From assembly GCA_963843575.1 (NCBI GenBank), contig CAWJKZ010000024.1, forward strand, positions 320,001 to 384,000: 64,000 nt of DNA. Direction: 5' to 3'. Below the pieces are notes generated by a model, which ran no database searches, was not told the origin of the DNA, and saw only the letters and a program-made list of their open reading frames with translations. The translations under genes and the position numbers were made by a program. Positions within the stretch are counted from its first letter, which is position 1; each line of letters opens with the position of its first letter. The stretch comes from an uncultured Acidobacteriota bacterium (GTDB lineage: Bacteria > Acidobacteriota > UBA6911). Positions 1 through 11,109 of the stretch are shown in pieces.

Positions 1-412
1 ACATGCCCGGGGCGGTTCCCGTGCCGTTGTTCAGGATCTCGGCCCCCTCTATCACCTCCGCCTGCCGTTCATTGATCGAAGGCATGCTGTAGCCGCGCGC
101 CGCGAACCTCTTGCGCAACTGCTCCAGGATCGCGGGATCGGTCCGGATCGGCCGGCCGAGAACGGCCGCAACCGCGCCGCGCGTCAGGTCGTCCTCGGTC
201 GGCCCGAGGCCCCCGGTGATGATGATGAGCCGGGAACGACGCAGCGCAAGCCGTAGCACCCCGCTGATGTCCTCGCGGTCGTCGCCCACGATCGTCTTGA
301 AATGAAGCTGGAAGCCGGCCTCGTTCAGCCGGTCGGTGATGAAGAGCGAGTTGGTGTCCAGGTGGTCCGGCGTGAGCATCTCCGACCCTATCGCTATTAT
401 CTCCGCTCTCAC
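1..412 (-). CDS. cinA: Competence/damage-inducible protein CinA, N-terminal part (runs off the window edge)
   Basis: Manual translation from GTG at 412 gives MRAEIIAIGSEMLTPDHLDTNSLFITDRLNEAG...VGDD...GGLGPT, the CinA/MoeA-like N-domain. Not in the ORF track. Follows pgpA. Confidence 0.85.
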   Translation of the reverse strand, partial: MRAEIIAIGSEMLTPDHLDTNSLFITDRLNEAGFQLHFKTIVGDDREDISGVLRLALRRSRLIIITGGLGPTEDDLTRGAVAAVLGRPIRTDPAILEQLRKRFAARGYSMPSINERQAEVIEGAEILNNGTGTAPGM

Positions 413-452
413 TTGACACCTCGCACGTTCGGGGAACAGACAGGGAAGCGCT

Positions 453-917
453 TTACCTCAGGAGGCGGACAACGGCCTGGAGCACCAGGTTCGCGTAGAC
501 CCCTGCCAGCAGATCGTCGGCCATGATGCCGGCCCCATGCGGCAGCCGCTCGAGCTTCCGGATGGGGTAAGGTTTGAAAATATCGAAGAGCCGGAAGAGC
601 GCCGTACCGCCAAGCAGCGTGTAGGTGTCGACCGGGACAAACAGGAAGGTCAGGAGCTGGCCGGCGATCTCGTCGATGACGACGATGCCCGGGTCCTCGT
701 CTCCGGCCCGCCGGGCAACGGCGGCCGAGGCCAGCACGCCCACCAGCGATATCCCGCACAGCACGCTCACGTGGAGCTCGGGGGCGATCCGTCCCGAGAT
801 GCGGTGGATGAAGAAGAATGCGAGGGTCGTCGCGACGGAGGCATACGTGCCGGGGGCGCCCGGGATGAGTCCGACGTACAAACCACTTGCCACCAGCAGC
901 GGTATGCGGCCCTTCAT
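453..917 (-). CDS. pgpA: Phosphatidylglycerophosphatase A
   Basis: Motifs APGTx[39 protein letters not shown] at 917 overlaps the yacG stop. Confidence 0.9.
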   Translation of the reverse strand: MKGRIPLLVASGLYVGLIPGAPGTYASVATTLAFFFIHRISGRIAPELHVSVLCGISLVGVLASAAVARRAGDEDPGIVVIDEIAGQLLTFLFVPVDTYTLLGGTALFRLFDIFKPYPIRKLERLPHGAGIMADDLLAGVYANLVLQAVVRLLR

Positions 918-1120
918 CGCTCTTCCTCGTCGGGAGGGGGCTGGACCAGATCCTCGCCGTCTTCCTGCTCGTCTTCGCTCCGCACCGGTACCCGGTAGCT
1001 CCCGCTGGCCCAGTTTCCCAGGTCGATCAGCTTGCACCGCGCGCTGCAAAATGGCCGCGAGGGATTTCCCTCGTAATCCGCCATTGTCCCGCACTGTGGA
1101 CACCTGACCTTCCGGCTCAT
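914..1120 (-). CDS. yacG: DNA gyrase inhibitor YacG (zinc finger)
   Basis: CPQCG...[16 protein letters not shown] motif with an acidic tail. Confidence 0.9.
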   Translation of the reverse strand: MSRKVRCPQCGTMADYEGNPSRPFCSARCKLIDLGNWASGSYRVPVRSEDEQEDGEDLVQPPPDEEER

Positions 1121-1160
1121 GTCTGAATCTTCCATCCCCTGCGGGGAGCGGCGGGTCCCG

Positions 1161-2510
1161 CTACCGGACGACGGTTCCCAGCAGGTCGTGCTCGAGGGCC
1201 TTGGTGACCCGCACGGTGCGGAACTCGCCCGCGCTCAACGGACCAGCCTCGGAGTCGTTGATCAGGCAGACCCCATCGATCTCCGGTGCCTGCGATTCCA
1301 GCCTGCCTTGCAGCAGGAGTTCGCTTTCCTGCGACGGCCCCTCGATCAGGATTGAGAATTCGCGACCGACCAGGGCCCGGTTCTTCCGGGCCGCGATCCT
1401 GGTCTGCTGCGCCATCAGGCGGCGCCGGCGCTTTTCGGCGACCGTGCCCGGGACCTTGTCGGAAAGCGCGAAGGCGCCCGTGTCCTCCTCGTCCGAGTAC
1501 ACGAACACACCCAGCCGGTCGAATTCCATTTTGCGGCAGAAGTCCTCGAGTTCCTCGAAATCGCTCTCCTGCTCCCCGGGGAACCCCACGATCATGGTCG
1601 TGCGGAAGGTGACCCCCGGGATGCCGGCCCGGACGTTTTCCACCATACGGGAAAGGGAATCCCGGTTGCCGCCGCGGCGCATAGCCTTGAGGACGGCGGC
1701 GCTGGCGTGCTGCAAAGGCATGTCGATGTACTTGCAGATTTTATCGCTCGAAGCGACTACCTGCATGAGGCGCGGGCTGACCAGGTTGGGATAGACGTAC
1801 AGGAACCGGATCCAGCGTATGCCCTCGACCCGGTCCAGGGCAGCCAGGAGTTCCGCGAGCCCGTCCTGCAACCCGAGATCGAGCCCGAAGCTGGTCGTGT
1901 CCTGAGAGACCAGGGTGATCTCCCGCACGCCCTGCCCCGCCAGGCGGCGTGCCTCCTCCACGATCGACGGGATGGTGCGGCTGCGGAACTTGCCCCGGAT
2001 TTTCGGGATGATGCAGAACGCGCACGTGTGGTCGCACCCCTCCGCGATTTTGATGTACGCGGTATAGCCCGGCGTGGCCAGCGCGCGGGGGGTGTTGTGG
2101 TCGTACAGGTAGAGGTCCGCGTCGCTCCGGCCGAAGGAGGCCGGCGGGAGCACCGGGTCGCCGGCCACGGCGCGGGCGATCTGCTCTATCTGGTTGATCC
2201 CGAGGATGGCGTCGACCTCGACCAGATCGGACTGGATCTGCCTCGGGTATCTTTCGGCCAGACACCCTGTTACGACCAGGCGGCGGCAGGCCCCGTCCTG
2301 CTTGAGCCGGGCGGCTTCCAGGATCGTGTCGATCGACTCGCGCTTAGCGCCGTCGATGAAGCTGCAGGTGTTGACGACCAGCACGTCCGCCTCGGAGCGA
2401 TCGGTGGTGATCGTGTGTCCTTCTTTCTGCAGCAGGCCGAGCATCACCTCGCTGTCGACCAGATTCTTGGGACACCCCAGGCTGATGAAACCGATCTTGG
2501 CCACCCTCAC
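1161..2510 (-). CDS. rimO: Ribosomal protein S12 methylthiotransferase RimO
   Basis: [13 protein letters not shown]-terminus, radical SAM motif CDHTCAFC, and TRAM domain with QAPEIDG. Confidence 0.95.
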   Translation of the reverse strand: MRVAKIGFISLGCPKNLVDSEVMLGLLQKEGHTITTDRSEADVLVVNTCSFIDGAKRESIDTILEAARLKQDGACRRLVVTGCLAERYPRQIQSDLVEVDAILGINQIEQIARAVAGDPVLPPASFGRSDADLYLYDHNTPRALATPGYTAYIKIAEGCDHTCAFCIIPKIRGKFRSRTIPSIVEEARRLAGQGVREITLVSQDTTSFGLDLGLQDGLAELLAALDRVEGIRWIRFLYVYPNLVSPRLMQVVASSDKICKYIDMPLQHASAAVLKAMRRGGNRDSLSRMVENVRAGIPGVTFRTTMIVGFPGEQESDFEELEDFCRKMEFDRLGVFVYSDEEDTGAFALSDKVPGTVAEKRRRRLMAQQTRIAARKNRALVGREFSILIEGPSQESELLLQGRLESQAPEIDGVCLINDSEAGPLSAGEFRTVRVTKALEHDLLGTVVR

Positions 2511-2559
2511 GCCCCCGAAAACAAGAAATAGTAGGCTGTCCCACCCCCCCCGATCAAGA

Positions 2560-2756
2560 CCTATGGAGTGCGGCGCCTCGGCGCCGCTTTACGTTCAGGA
2601 CCCGGACGGCGGCGAGTTGCTCGCCGGCGCCGACAGGATCGGGGACGCCGCCCGAGTAAGGCCTATGGAGTGCGGCGCCTCGGCGCCGCTTTACGTTCAG
2701 GACCCGGACGGCGCCGAGGCGCCGGCACCAAAGCGGCGTCAAGCCGCCGCACTCCA
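2560..2756. repeat. Cluster of TGGAGTGCGGC REP-like hairpins with a 52-bp direct repeat (period 102)
   Basis: TGGAGT-GCGGCGCC-TC-GGCGCCGC-TTT at 2564 and 2666, an inverted copy at 2730-2756, and identical 52-bp units at 2560-2611 and 2662-2713. Confidence 0.85.
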
Positions 2757-4570
2757 AAATTCGGGGAACCGGTCTCGTCCGGGAGCTTGTCGAACCAGTT
2801 CCACTTCAGGATCGCCGTCGTGACCAGCAGCACCAGGACCGAGATCCACAGGGCTTTCCAGCTGCGGAAGACCGCATAGACCGGGATCGCCCAGAGCGGA
2901 ATCTGCCAGACCATCGCGACGACGCAGTTGGTCATGTCGCGCGCAAAGCTGGTGTTGCGCCGGAACTCGGGGTCCTCGCGCGCAACCGCCGCGTGGACAG
3001 GCTGCCAGAAGCCCCAGGGGCGCACGTTCTTGTAGAAACTCTTCAGGATCGCCTCGTCCTCCGGCCTGGTGAGCAGGCTCCCCGCGATGCAACCGAGCGT
3101 CGAGAGCCCCAGGATGATGGGGAAACCGGCCAGGGAGCCGAGTCCGGAACCGGGGAACATGCCGGGGACGATCAGGGCAGAGGCGATGCCGGCCAGCATT
3201 CCCCAGAAATACCCGAAGCCGTTCAACCTGTACCAATGCCACTTGAGCACGTTCGCGGCTGTGTAGCCGCCCCACAGACCGTTGACCAGCCACTGGGTCA
3301 CCTGGTTGACCGACTGCGTCATGAAGCCAAACCCGAACCCGAGCGCCAGGATCCCGGCCTGCGCGACATAGCTCGCGACCACGTAGTGCCGGTTTGAAGC
3401 CTTGGGCCTGAGATAGCGCTTGTACAGGTCGTTCACCAGGTATGCGCCCCCGGCGTTCAGGGTCGCGGAAAAGGTCGACATGAACGCGGCGAGCAGGCCG
3501 GCGAGCAGCAATCCGACGAGACCCACAGGAACGAACTGCTGTATGACGTACGGCAGGACCATCTCGAAATCGACCTTGCCGCCCCCCGTCCGGAAGACCG
3601 GGCTGAGATACTTGATGCCGAGCGCCGTGATGCCGGCGACGAAGATCCAGCGGGGGAACAGGCACGCCGAGACGACGCCGCTCATCAGGCTCGCCTCGCG
3701 CGGGTTTCGGGCCGCCAGGATGCGTTGCATGTCGTAGTTCGGCGCCGGCCCGGCGATGCTGACCAGCATGCCCTTGAACACCATGGCCATGAAGAAGAAG
3801 CCGAAAAACGAGTAGCCGTCCTCGACGAGGTTCTGCGACAGGGACGGGATGAGGTTGGACCAGTCCAGGTCCAGCTTCCATCCGAACAGGAGGTCCCCCC
3901 ACCCGGCCGGGACGAGGGCGCGCACCTCCGCCGGCGCGACCCGCGCCATCGCGATGCCCGCGATGAGCACGGAGCTTGCCGCCATGATGAAGAACTGCGC
4001 CAGGTCGGTGATCACAACGCTGATCATGCCGCCCAGCAGCACGTAGACGGAGGTGACGCCCATGATGACCAGCGCGTAGGTGTTGGGCGACCAGTCCCAG
4101 GGCAGGAAGGTGGCCGAGAACTTCCCCATGCCCTGGAAGTCGTAGGCTATGAACCCGACGACGCTCACCAGGGCGAACACGACGATGATGATCCGGGAGA
4201 GTTCGCCCCCGCGCCCCGCGCCGAATCGCGTCGTGATCCACTCGGCCCCGGTCAGCACTCCCGACCGGCGCACCCAGCTTGCCAGGTAGACCATGAGGAT
4301 CACCTGGTTGAAGGTGGGCCAGAGCCATGGGAGCCAGGTGCCTTTCAGCCCGTACACGAACAGGTTGTAGACGAGCCACATCGTTCCCGTGATGTCCCAC
4401 ATGGCCGAGGCGTTCGAGATCCCGAGCACCCACCACGGGAGGACGTTGCCCGCCAGGAAGTAGGAGTCCATGCTCTTGGACGCCCGCCTCATGACGGCGA
4501 CGCCGATGGCAATCATCGACACGAAATATGCGAGAATGATGGTGAGATCGACCCAGTTCATTTTCGACAC
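2663..4570 (-). CDS. Sodium:solute symporter (SSS family), probably for a sugar
   Basis: DSYFLAGNVLPWW, many TM helices, GLLAAFMSTFS. The C-terminal ~30 aa are read through the REP repeat. Confidence 0.9.
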   Translation of the reverse strand: MSKMNWVDLTIILAYFVSMIAIGVAVMRRASKSMDSYFLAGNVLPWWVLGISNASAMWDITGTMWLVYNLFVYGLKGTWLPWLWPTFNQVILMVYLASWVRRSGVLTGAEWITTRFGAGRGGELSRIIIVVFALVSVVGFIAYDFQGMGKFSATFLPWDWSPNTYALVIMGVTSVYVLLGGMISVVITDLAQFFIMAASSVLIAGIAMARVAPAEVRALVPAGWGDLLFGWKLDLDWSNLIPSLSQNLVEDGYSFFGFFFMAMVFKGMLVSIAGPAPNYDMQRILAARNPREASLMSGVVSACLFPRWIFVAGITALGIKYLSPVFRTGGGKVDFEMVLPYVIQQFVPVGLVGLLLAGLLAAFMSTFSATLNAGGAYLVNDLYKRYLRPKASNRHYVVASYVAQAGILALGFGFGFMTQSVNQVTQWLVNGLWGGYTAANVLKWHWYRLNGFGYFWGMLAGIASALIVPGMFPGSGLGSLAGFPIILGLSTLGCIAGSLLTRPEDEAILKSFYKNVRPWGFWQPVHAAVAREDPEFRRNTSFARDMTNCVVAMVWQIPLWAIPVYAVFRSWKALWISVLVLLVTTAILKWNWFDKLPDETGSPNFGVRRLDAALVPAPRRRPGPERKAAPRRRTP

Positions 4571-4677
4571 GGAGCCCTCCGCGCGAGAGTTCGGTCACAC
4601 TTTGTGGGCGATTCTGGCGTATTTGTCGCGAATCCGCGAGGGCTTTCTGGGGCTGCTGGATTTCGCTGGGGGGTGCG

Positions 4678-5160
4678 ATGGCAAGCGACGACATGTCACG
4701 CCGATTCATGGATCGGGTTGTCGGGCTGGCGCTGGAAAATGTCCGTACGGGCCGAGGGGGGCCTTTTGCCGCCCTGGTTGTCAAGGACGGCGCCGTCCTG
4801 GCGTGCGGTGCCAACGCCGTTACCGCCACCAACGACCCCACCGCGCACGCCGAGATCGTGGCTATCCGCCAGGCGTGCCGCGACCTGCACGCCTTTCAGC
4901 TCCCGGGGTGCGACATCTACGCGAGCTGCGAGCCCTGCCCCATGTGCCTGGGCGCGATCTACTGGGCGCGGCCGGCCCGCGTCTTTTTCGGGGCGTCGCG
5001 CCTGGACGCCTCGGCGGCCGGGTTCGACGACTCGCTCATCTACGAGCAACTGGCTCTTCCCGCGGAGCGCCGGAGGATCCCGATGTCCCGCATCGAGTGC
5101 GCCGCGGCTCTCGCTCCCTTTGACGAGTGGGCTCGTGCGGCCACCCGCGTGCAATACTGA
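4678..5160 (+). CDS. Zinc-dependent nucleoside/guanine deaminase (GuaD-like, CDA fold)
   Basis: GGPFAA, NDPTAHAE, SCEPCPMCLGAIYWA and GFDDS motifs. Confidence 0.85.
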   Translation: MASDDMSRRFMDRVVGLALENVRTGRGGPFAALVVKDGAVLACGANAVTATNDPTAHAEIVAIRQACRDLHAFQLPGCDIYASCEPCPMCLGAIYWARPARVFFGASRLDASAAGFDDSLIYEQLALPAERRRIPMSRIECAAALAPFDEWARAATRVQY

Positions 5161-5288
5161 CGGAGCGGCCGGCGGCTGAGCCGTCGAACTCGCCTCGAAG
5201 GGCCGAGTACTCGAGTGGACTCGAAGAGCCGCGGTGGCTGGGGGTGCAAGCGAGCGCGCGCTCGCATCGGATCATTGCGGGCCCAGGT

Positions 5289-7505
5289 TCACTGCGACGC
5301 CTGGCCGGGCGGGCGATTCTCCGGGGCCGCGGCGGGCCGCCGCGGCCCACTCAGTTTCTTCATCGAGTTCAGGATCCGCCGCGCCTCGGCGAGGTCCTCG
5401 TCGGAGCTTCCCGGTCCGAATCGCATCCGATAGTAAATGCCGGTCAGGGCGGTGAGGTCCGGGCGTACCGGGTGCGCGCCGAGGTCCGCCGCAAACTCGA
5501 GGGGCGTCTGGCCGCGGCGGCGGCGCAGGCCATGTCGCTCCAGGAGCCGCATCGCTTCCGCATAGAAGCTCTCGATCACCGACGCACGGTCGGCGGGAAA
5601 CACCAACCGGCGCAGGGACCGTTTCAGCGCGGGCAGCCACCGGGAGCGCATCCGGAACATCAGGAGGCACACGACGGCCGTGGCGGCGGCCCCGCCCGCC
5701 TGCAGGGACGACCACCGCCGGTTCAAGGCGGCGTCGATGCCGGCCGAGATGCCCTGGCGTGCGCTCCGCCAGGCGCGCACGGCCCGGTCGCCCACCTGAC
5801 GCTCCGTCCAGGCACGGACCGAGCGCACGAGCTGAAACTGCTTGAGCAGATCGTAGTTGACCACCTCCTCCGACCACCACAACCCGACGGCGTCCGCCAG
5901 GTTGGAGAGCATGCGGGTGAAGCGGCGTCCCGGGCGCTGCGGATCCGGGGGGGTGGGGTCGAATTCCACCCAGCCGTAGGGCGCGAAATATGCTTCCACC
6001 CAGCTGTGCGCGTCGTACTGTCGGACGATCCAGTCCTTCCCGAGGCTGTTGTACTCTCCCGAACGGAACCCGTTGACCAGGCGTGCGGGGATCCCGACCT
6101 TCCGGAGCATGAGCGCCATGGCCGTGGCGAAGTATTCGCAGTGTCCCCTGCGTACGACGAACAGGAAGCCCGCGACCGGGTCGCCCCCTTCGGGCGTGCC
6201 GCTCATCTCCAGGGTGTACCCGAAGTTCGTGCGCAGATAGGCTTCCAGCGCGAGCGCCTTGCGGTACGGGTGTTTCTCCTGGCGCGTGACCTCGGCGGCG
6301 AGTATGCCGATGCGCGGGTCCAGGCGCGGGAGCTGCAGTGCGGTCGCGCGGATGCTTTCCTCCAGCGGCCCGGGGATTTCGGGAATGAGTGCGGGATCCG
6401 GACGCACGATTTCCGAAAGTACCGAGTAGCGGAGCTTGCTGAACGGGTGGCGCGAGGTGAAGAGATTGTCGGAGGCGTCGCGGCTCAGGGCTCCGATTTC
6501 CCGTGAAACCGCGAGTGCCCGGTGGCTGCCGAAAACCACCTCGGTCGAAAGCGCCTCGAGGAAGTAGGTCTGCCAGAGGGTCTCCGGCCCATAGGTCGAC
6601 TCCTCCAGCTTGTAGTATCCGCTGTCGGCCGCCAGGGCCCTTCGCCCCAGGCGGCTCCGGCTCCAGGCCCGCCCGTCGTAGTGGTCGAGCGCCACGCCTC
6701 GCCACTTGAGGTCGGCCGGGAGGTTCGGCGTCCCCTCGCCGAGCCGGACCCGCATCACCATCGCGTCCGACAGTTTGATGTGGCCCAGTTCCCCCAGTTC
6801 CACCCGCTCCGAAAACCCGCTCATGAACTGCGTTCGGCCGGGCGGCCGCTTGTAGATCCCGAGCGACACACGTGGAAGCACCAGGAACAACGGCACCGAC
6901 AGCAGGAGGATCAGCAGGGTCACCGCGACCGACATCGCCGTCATGGCCCGCGACGGGAACGACGAGAAGAGCTCCAGCCCGGTGCCCTGCATGGCCCGCG
7001 GCACCACCACGGGTTGGATTCGCGCGTGGCGCAACGCCCGCGCGTTGCTCCGCCGCATTTCGTACAGGATGAGCGTGGTCACGCCTGAAAATACGAAGAC
7101 GAGCAGCGATACGGCGAACGTGAGATCGATCGTCAGGGTCGAGGCGGCGAGGAGCTCGGCGAAGCTGATCAGGTACAGGTAGGCGTAATCCCTGTCCGTG
7201 GCCCGCGTCAGGACCTTGACCGTTGCCATCAGGAAGATGAGGTGAATCGTGCTGACGACGAACGAGCGCGAGATCACCTTGAGGTCGAGCAGGTAGACGG
7301 GGAGGTAGGCGACCACCACGCAGTTCAACACCCATGACGGCAGCCTGCGGTGCAGGCGTTCCGTGTCGACGAACCAGCTGGCGATCAGTGCCGAGCCGAA
7401 CAGGACGATGGAAAACAGGTCGATGGCTCCGGTGGCGGCAATCGCCGCGAAGCCCGAGGTCATCAGACAATACGACGATATTTTAAAGTAGCGCGCGTAA
7501 GTCAT
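5289..7505 (-). CDS. Membrane transglutaminase-like protein (TgpA; DUF3488 + TGase + DUF4129)
   Basis: N-terminal TMs and catalytic motifs GHCEYFA, AHSWVE, FDPTP. Last gene of the moxR-DUF58 operon. Confidence 0.9.
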   Translation of the reverse strand: MTYARYFKISSYCLMTSGFAAIAATGAIDLFSIVLFGSALIASWFVDTERLHRRLPSWVLNCVVVAYLPVYLLDLKVISRSFVVSTIHLIFLMATVKVLTRATDRDYAYLYLISFAELLAASTLTIDLTFAVSLLVFVFSGVTTLILYEMRRSNARALRHARIQPVVVPRAMQGTGLELFSSFPSRAMTAMSVAVTLLILLLSVPLFLVLPRVSLGIYKRPPGRTQFMSGFSERVELGELGHIKLSDAMVMRVRLGEGTPNLPADLKWRGVALDHYDGRAWSRSRLGRRALAADSGYYKLEESTYGPETLWQTYFLEALSTEVVFGSHRALAVSREIGALSRDASDNLFTSRHPFSKLRYSVLSEIVRPDPALIPEIPGPLEESIRATALQLPRLDPRIGILAAEVTRQEKHPYRKALALEAYLRTNFGYTLEMSGTPEGGDPVAGFLFVVRRGHCEYFATAMALMLRKVGIPARLVNGFRSGEYNSLGKDWIVRQYDAHSWVEAYFAPYGWVEFDPTPPDPQRPGRRFTRMLSNLADAVGLWWSEEVVNYDLLKQFQLVRSVRAWTERQVGDRAVRAWRSARQGISAGIDAALNRRWSSLQAGGAAATAVVCLLMFRMRSRWLPALKRSLRRLVFPADRASVIESFYAEAMRLLERHGLRRRRGQTPLEFAADLGAHPVRPDLTALTGIYYRMRFGPGSSDEDLAEARRILNSMKKLSGPRRPAAAPENRPPGQASQ

Positions 7506-8964
7506 AACTCGCCGAAGTAGACCACGTGCGACGAACGCCAGATCGCGGAGGGGAAGCTCCCCCGGGGCCTGGACGTGATGATGATCTTGAACACCTTCTC
7601 CGACAGGATTTCCTGAAGTTGCGTCCCGCTCAAAATGCCCGAGAGCTCCCTGTGCAGATCCGCCGCGGCCCCCGGCGGCGCGGCCTCCCGGGCGACCACG
7701 GCGAGCGACCTGAGTATCCGGTAGAGGTGCCCCGTCCCGGCGCCCCTCGGGATGTATTCGCGGGGGGTGAGGAACTCCAGCTCGGCTCCCTCTTCGGAGA
7801 AGTTGCCGGCCAGGCTGGCGGCGAGCGACACGGCTTTCTCAAACCGTTCCGCGCCAGCCTCGCCGAGGGCGCTCGCGTCCAGGTAGGTGTCGAGGATCAG
7901 GCAGAACTTGCTTTCCTCTTCGCGCGCGTATTCGCGCGCCATGAGCTCTCCGGTCTTGGCCGTCGCCTTCCAGTCGACCAGCCGGGCGCTCTCCCCGTCC
8001 CGGTATTTTCGAATCGAATAGAGGCTCTCGCCCTGACCCGGGTGGAGCCCTTCGAGCCTGCCGGGAAGGAACGGGAGCAGGTGAAAGTAGGACGACACGG
8101 CCAGGATCGCGGGGTACACGAGGATTTCACCCTCGGCGCGTACGCGCTCGCCGCGCAGGAAGAACCCGAACGGGAAGCGCGTCGAAATGCGGTACCCTTC
8201 CAGCCCGTAGCGCCCGCGCCGCGGGAAGGATTGCGCCACCAGCTCCGACCGCGTCTCACCCGGCGTGGACCAGCGGGAAAGTAGGCGGAATGCCTGAGGA
8301 CGGAGCCGGGGTGGAGCGCCTGGTCCGGCGGCTTGTGCGCGAAGCCGCGTCTCAGCCGCGCGAACCACGAGCCGGCGCCGTCCGGACCCAGCCCGTCCAC
8401 CGAAATCGAAAACGACGGGAGCAGCCGCTTGCGGTTGCGCAGCGACACCTTAATCCAGACCCGTTCGCCCTCGAAGACATTCTCGGGGACCTGCATGGAC
8501 ACCGAAACGCCGGCGAGCGACATGCGGGCGACGATCCCGGAGGTGATGATGGCCGCGAGCAGCATGGCGAGGATGAGAAACAGGAGGTTGTTCCCGGTGT
8601 TGATCGCGGCCAGCGAGAGCAGCAGGACCGAGAGGATGTAGATTCCTCCCTCGCGCGTTATGCTGAAAGAAAACGGCAGGAACCGGCCCAGCTCGACGCG
8701 CCGGGCGATGCGGGGCACGCAGGAACACGGCCGTGGCGGCGGCCAGCAGCAGCGCCGCGGCCGAGAACAAGATCGCGCGGGCCCCGTCGCCGTTCCGCAC
8801 GGCCGACTGGGAGCCCAGCGCGAAGCACGCAGGGCCACGCCGAGCAGCGCCATCGCGCTGAAGAAATCCCTCAGCGCACCGTGTCTCGAGGGCCGGGCCG
8901 GGGCATCAGAGCGGGACTTCGACGACCCGAAGAATTTCAGCAAGAATCGCCTCGGCTTCTTCAT
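7502..8964 (-). CDS. DUF58 protein, reading frame broken by frameshifts (start uncertain)
   Basis: AAINTGNNLLFL is in one frame; RRGRY..TRFPFGFF, IRKYRDGE..VDWKATAK, FEKAVSLAASL are in another. Shifts near 8.28 kb and 8.72-8.83 kb. Confidence 0.75.
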
Positions 8965-9862
8965 TTCGCTTGTGGGCGGAGGAGTACTTGGAGCTGACGA
9001 TGACCCGGTGGGCAAGGACCGGCAGGACGAGCCGCTTGATGTCGTCTGGGATGCAGTAGTCCCGCCCCTCGTAATAGGCCAGGGCCTGCGCTGCCCGGTG
9101 CAGGGCCAGCGAGCCGCGCGGGCTCACGCCGATGAGGAGGAACTCCGACCGGCGCGTGGCGTCGACGATGGTCATGATGTAGTCGAGCAGAGAGTCGTCC
9201 ACCCGCACCTCGGCGACGGCGGCCTGCGCCTCCAGCACGTCGGCGGCGGTGAGCACCGGTGCGATCCGGTCCGTCGCCGGCCTGTGATTGCGGCGCCTCA
9301 GGATCTCCTTCTCCGCGCCCGCGTCGGGGTACCCCATCCGGATGCGCAGCAGGAACCTGTCCAGCTGCGATTCGGGGAGCGGATACGTTCCGTGGTGCTC
9401 GACGGGATTCTGGGTCGCAACCACCATGAACGGCTGCGGCAGCGCGTAGGTGTGGCTGTCGACGCTCACCCGCCCCTCGCTCATCGCCTCCAGCAGGGCG
9501 CTCTGGGTCTTCGGTGTCGTGCGGTTGATCTCGTCGGCCAGAACGATGTTGGCGAAAATCGGGCCGCGTCGGAACTCGAAGCTCTGGTCGTCCTGCCTGA
9601 AGACGGAGACGCCCAGGATGTCGGAGGGCAGCAGGTCGCTGGTGAACTGGATCCGGCGGAAGGTGCAGTCGAATGCGCGGGCGAGCGAGTGTGCGAGCGT
9701 GGTCTTGCCCACCCCGGGCACGTCCTCGATCAGCAGGTGCCCGCCCGACAGGAGGCAGATCAGGGCGAGCTTCACGGGCTCCGTCTTGCCGCGGACAACC
9801 GTCTCGATGGCGTCCTGCAGCTTGCGGATCTTGGGTTCGAGTTCAACCGCCCTGGACATCAA
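8906..9862 (-). CDS. MoxR-family AAA+ ATPase
   Basis: HLLIEDVPGVGKT, RIQFTSDLLPSD, DEINR, GTYPLPESQLDRF. Confidence 0.95.
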   Translation of the reverse strand: MMSRAVELEPKIRKLQDAIETVVRGKTEPVKLALICLLSGGHLLIEDVPGVGKTTLAHSLARAFDCTFRRIQFTSDLLPSDILGVSVFRQDDQSFEFRRGPIFANIVLADEINRTTPKTQSALLEAMSEGRVSVDSHTYALPQPFMVVATQNPVEHHGTYPLPESQLDRFLLRIRMGYPDAGAEKEILRRRNHRPATDRIAPVLTAADVLEAQAAVAEVRVDDSLLDYIMTIVDATRRSEFLLIGVSPRGSLALHRAAQALAYYEGRDYCIPDDIKRLVLPVLAHRVIVSSKYSSAHKRNEEAEAILAEILRVVEVPL

Positions 9863-9922
9863 AAATCACCCGAAAGTCTAAGTATCGACCGCAGCCCTAG
9901 TATACATCTCGGGAATCCGATT

Positions 9923-10060
9923 TGGAGTGCGGCGCCTCGGCGCCGCTTTCACTGGCGTGCACCGGCCGATATGCCCGGCGCCTCCGCGCCGCTTCGACAA
10001 GCGGGAGCGCCTCGGCGCCGGGGCACCGCCGCCAAAGCGGCGGCGGGCCGAAGCACTCCA
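9923..10060. repeat. Inverted pair of TGGAGTGCGGC REP-like hairpins (REPIN-like, 138 bp)
   Basis: Forward unit 9923-9949 and inverted unit 10034-10060. Spacer is homologous to 14963-15097 and 60377-60450. Confidence 0.8.
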
Positions 10061-10064
10061 TGGG

Positions 10065-11096
10065 TCAGAACAGCTTTTTCTGGTCTCCGGGGCGGGTGAC
10101 GTGAAAGTGCTCGAAAGCCTTGCGGGTGGCGGTTCGCCCTCGGGGGGTCCGGTCCAGGAAGCCGATCTGGATCAGGTACGGTTCGTAGATGTCTTCGATC
10201 GAATCTTCGTCCTCGTTGATCGCGGCCGAGAGGGAGCCGACGCCGACCGGGCCGCCGTTGTATTTCTCGATGATGGTGAGCATGAGCTTGCGGTCGATCT
10301 CGTCGAACCCGTGTATGTCGACGTCCATCATGCCGAGGGCGTCCATGGCGACCTGGCGGGTGATGCGGCCGTCGGCGCGCACCTCGGCGTAGTCGCGCAC
10401 GCGGCGCAGGAGACGGTTGGCGACCCGCGGAGTACCCCGGCTGCGGGAGGCGATCTCCATGGCGCCTTCCTCGTCGATAGTCACCCCGAGGGTCTCGGCC
10501 GACTGGCGCACGATGATCCGCAGGTCGTCGCTGGAATAGAACTCGAGCCGGTGGATGATCCCGAAGCGCGCCCGCAGCGGCGCGGTCAGCAACCCGGCCC
10601 GCGTCGTCGCGCCGACCAGGGTGAAGCGGGGCAGGGGCATCTTGATGCTCCGCGCGCCCGGCCCCTCGCCGATCATGATGTCGATGTAGAAGTCTTCCAT
10701 CGCGGGGTAGAGGATCTCCTCGATGGCGGGGTGCAGCCGGTGGATCTCGTCGATGAACAGGACGTCGTTCGGCTTGAGATTCGTCAGGATCGCGGCGAGG
10801 TCGCCGCGCTTCTCGATGATGGGTCCGCTCGTCGTCCGGATGCTCACCCCCATCTCCGATGCCACGATCGTCGCCAGCGTGGTCTTGCCGAGCCCCGGCG
10901 GGCCGTACAGGAGCACGTGATCGAGCGCCTCGCCCCGCTTCAGGGCGGCCCGGATGCTGATGTCGATGTTCTCCTTGACCTTCGGCTGCCCGATGTACTG
11001 ACGCAGGTTCTGCGGCCGCAGGCTCAGCTCGAAGGAGTGTTCTTCGGCCCGGGGAACGGGGTTCAGCAGGCTGTTGGAGTGGCTCGGGGAGGGCAT
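10065..11096 (-). CDS. ruvB: Holliday junction branch migration ATPase RuvB
   Basis: [38 protein letters not shown]. Confidence 0.97.
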   Translation of the reverse strand: MPSPSHSNSLLNPVPRAEEHSFELSLRPQNLRQYIGQPKVKENIDISIRAALKRGEALDHVLLYGPPGLGKTTLATIVASEMGVSIRTTSGPIIEKRGDLAAILTNLKPNDVLFIDEIHRLHPAIEEILYPAMEDFYIDIMIGEGPGARSIKMPLPRFTLVGATTRAGLLTAPLRARFGIIHRLEFYSSDDLRIIVRQSAETLGVTIDEEGAMEIASRSRGTPRVANRLLRRVRDYAEVRADGRITRQVAMDALGMMDVDIHGFDEIDRKLMLTIIEKYNGGPVGVGSLSAAINEDEDSIEDIYEPYLIQIGFLDRTPRGRTATRKAFEHFHVTRPGDQKKLF

Positions 11097-11109
11097 GTCT
11101 CAGAAACTT

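Noticed and set aside
2560-2760. Possible CRISPR array (repeat-spacer-repeat)
   Set aside because: Only two direct copies, the identity extends to 52 bp, a third copy is inverted, the same unit is dispersed across the window, and no cas genes are present.
5289-9862. MoxR-DUF58-transglutaminase operon as a novel system
   Set aside because: This is a well-known, widespread gene triad.
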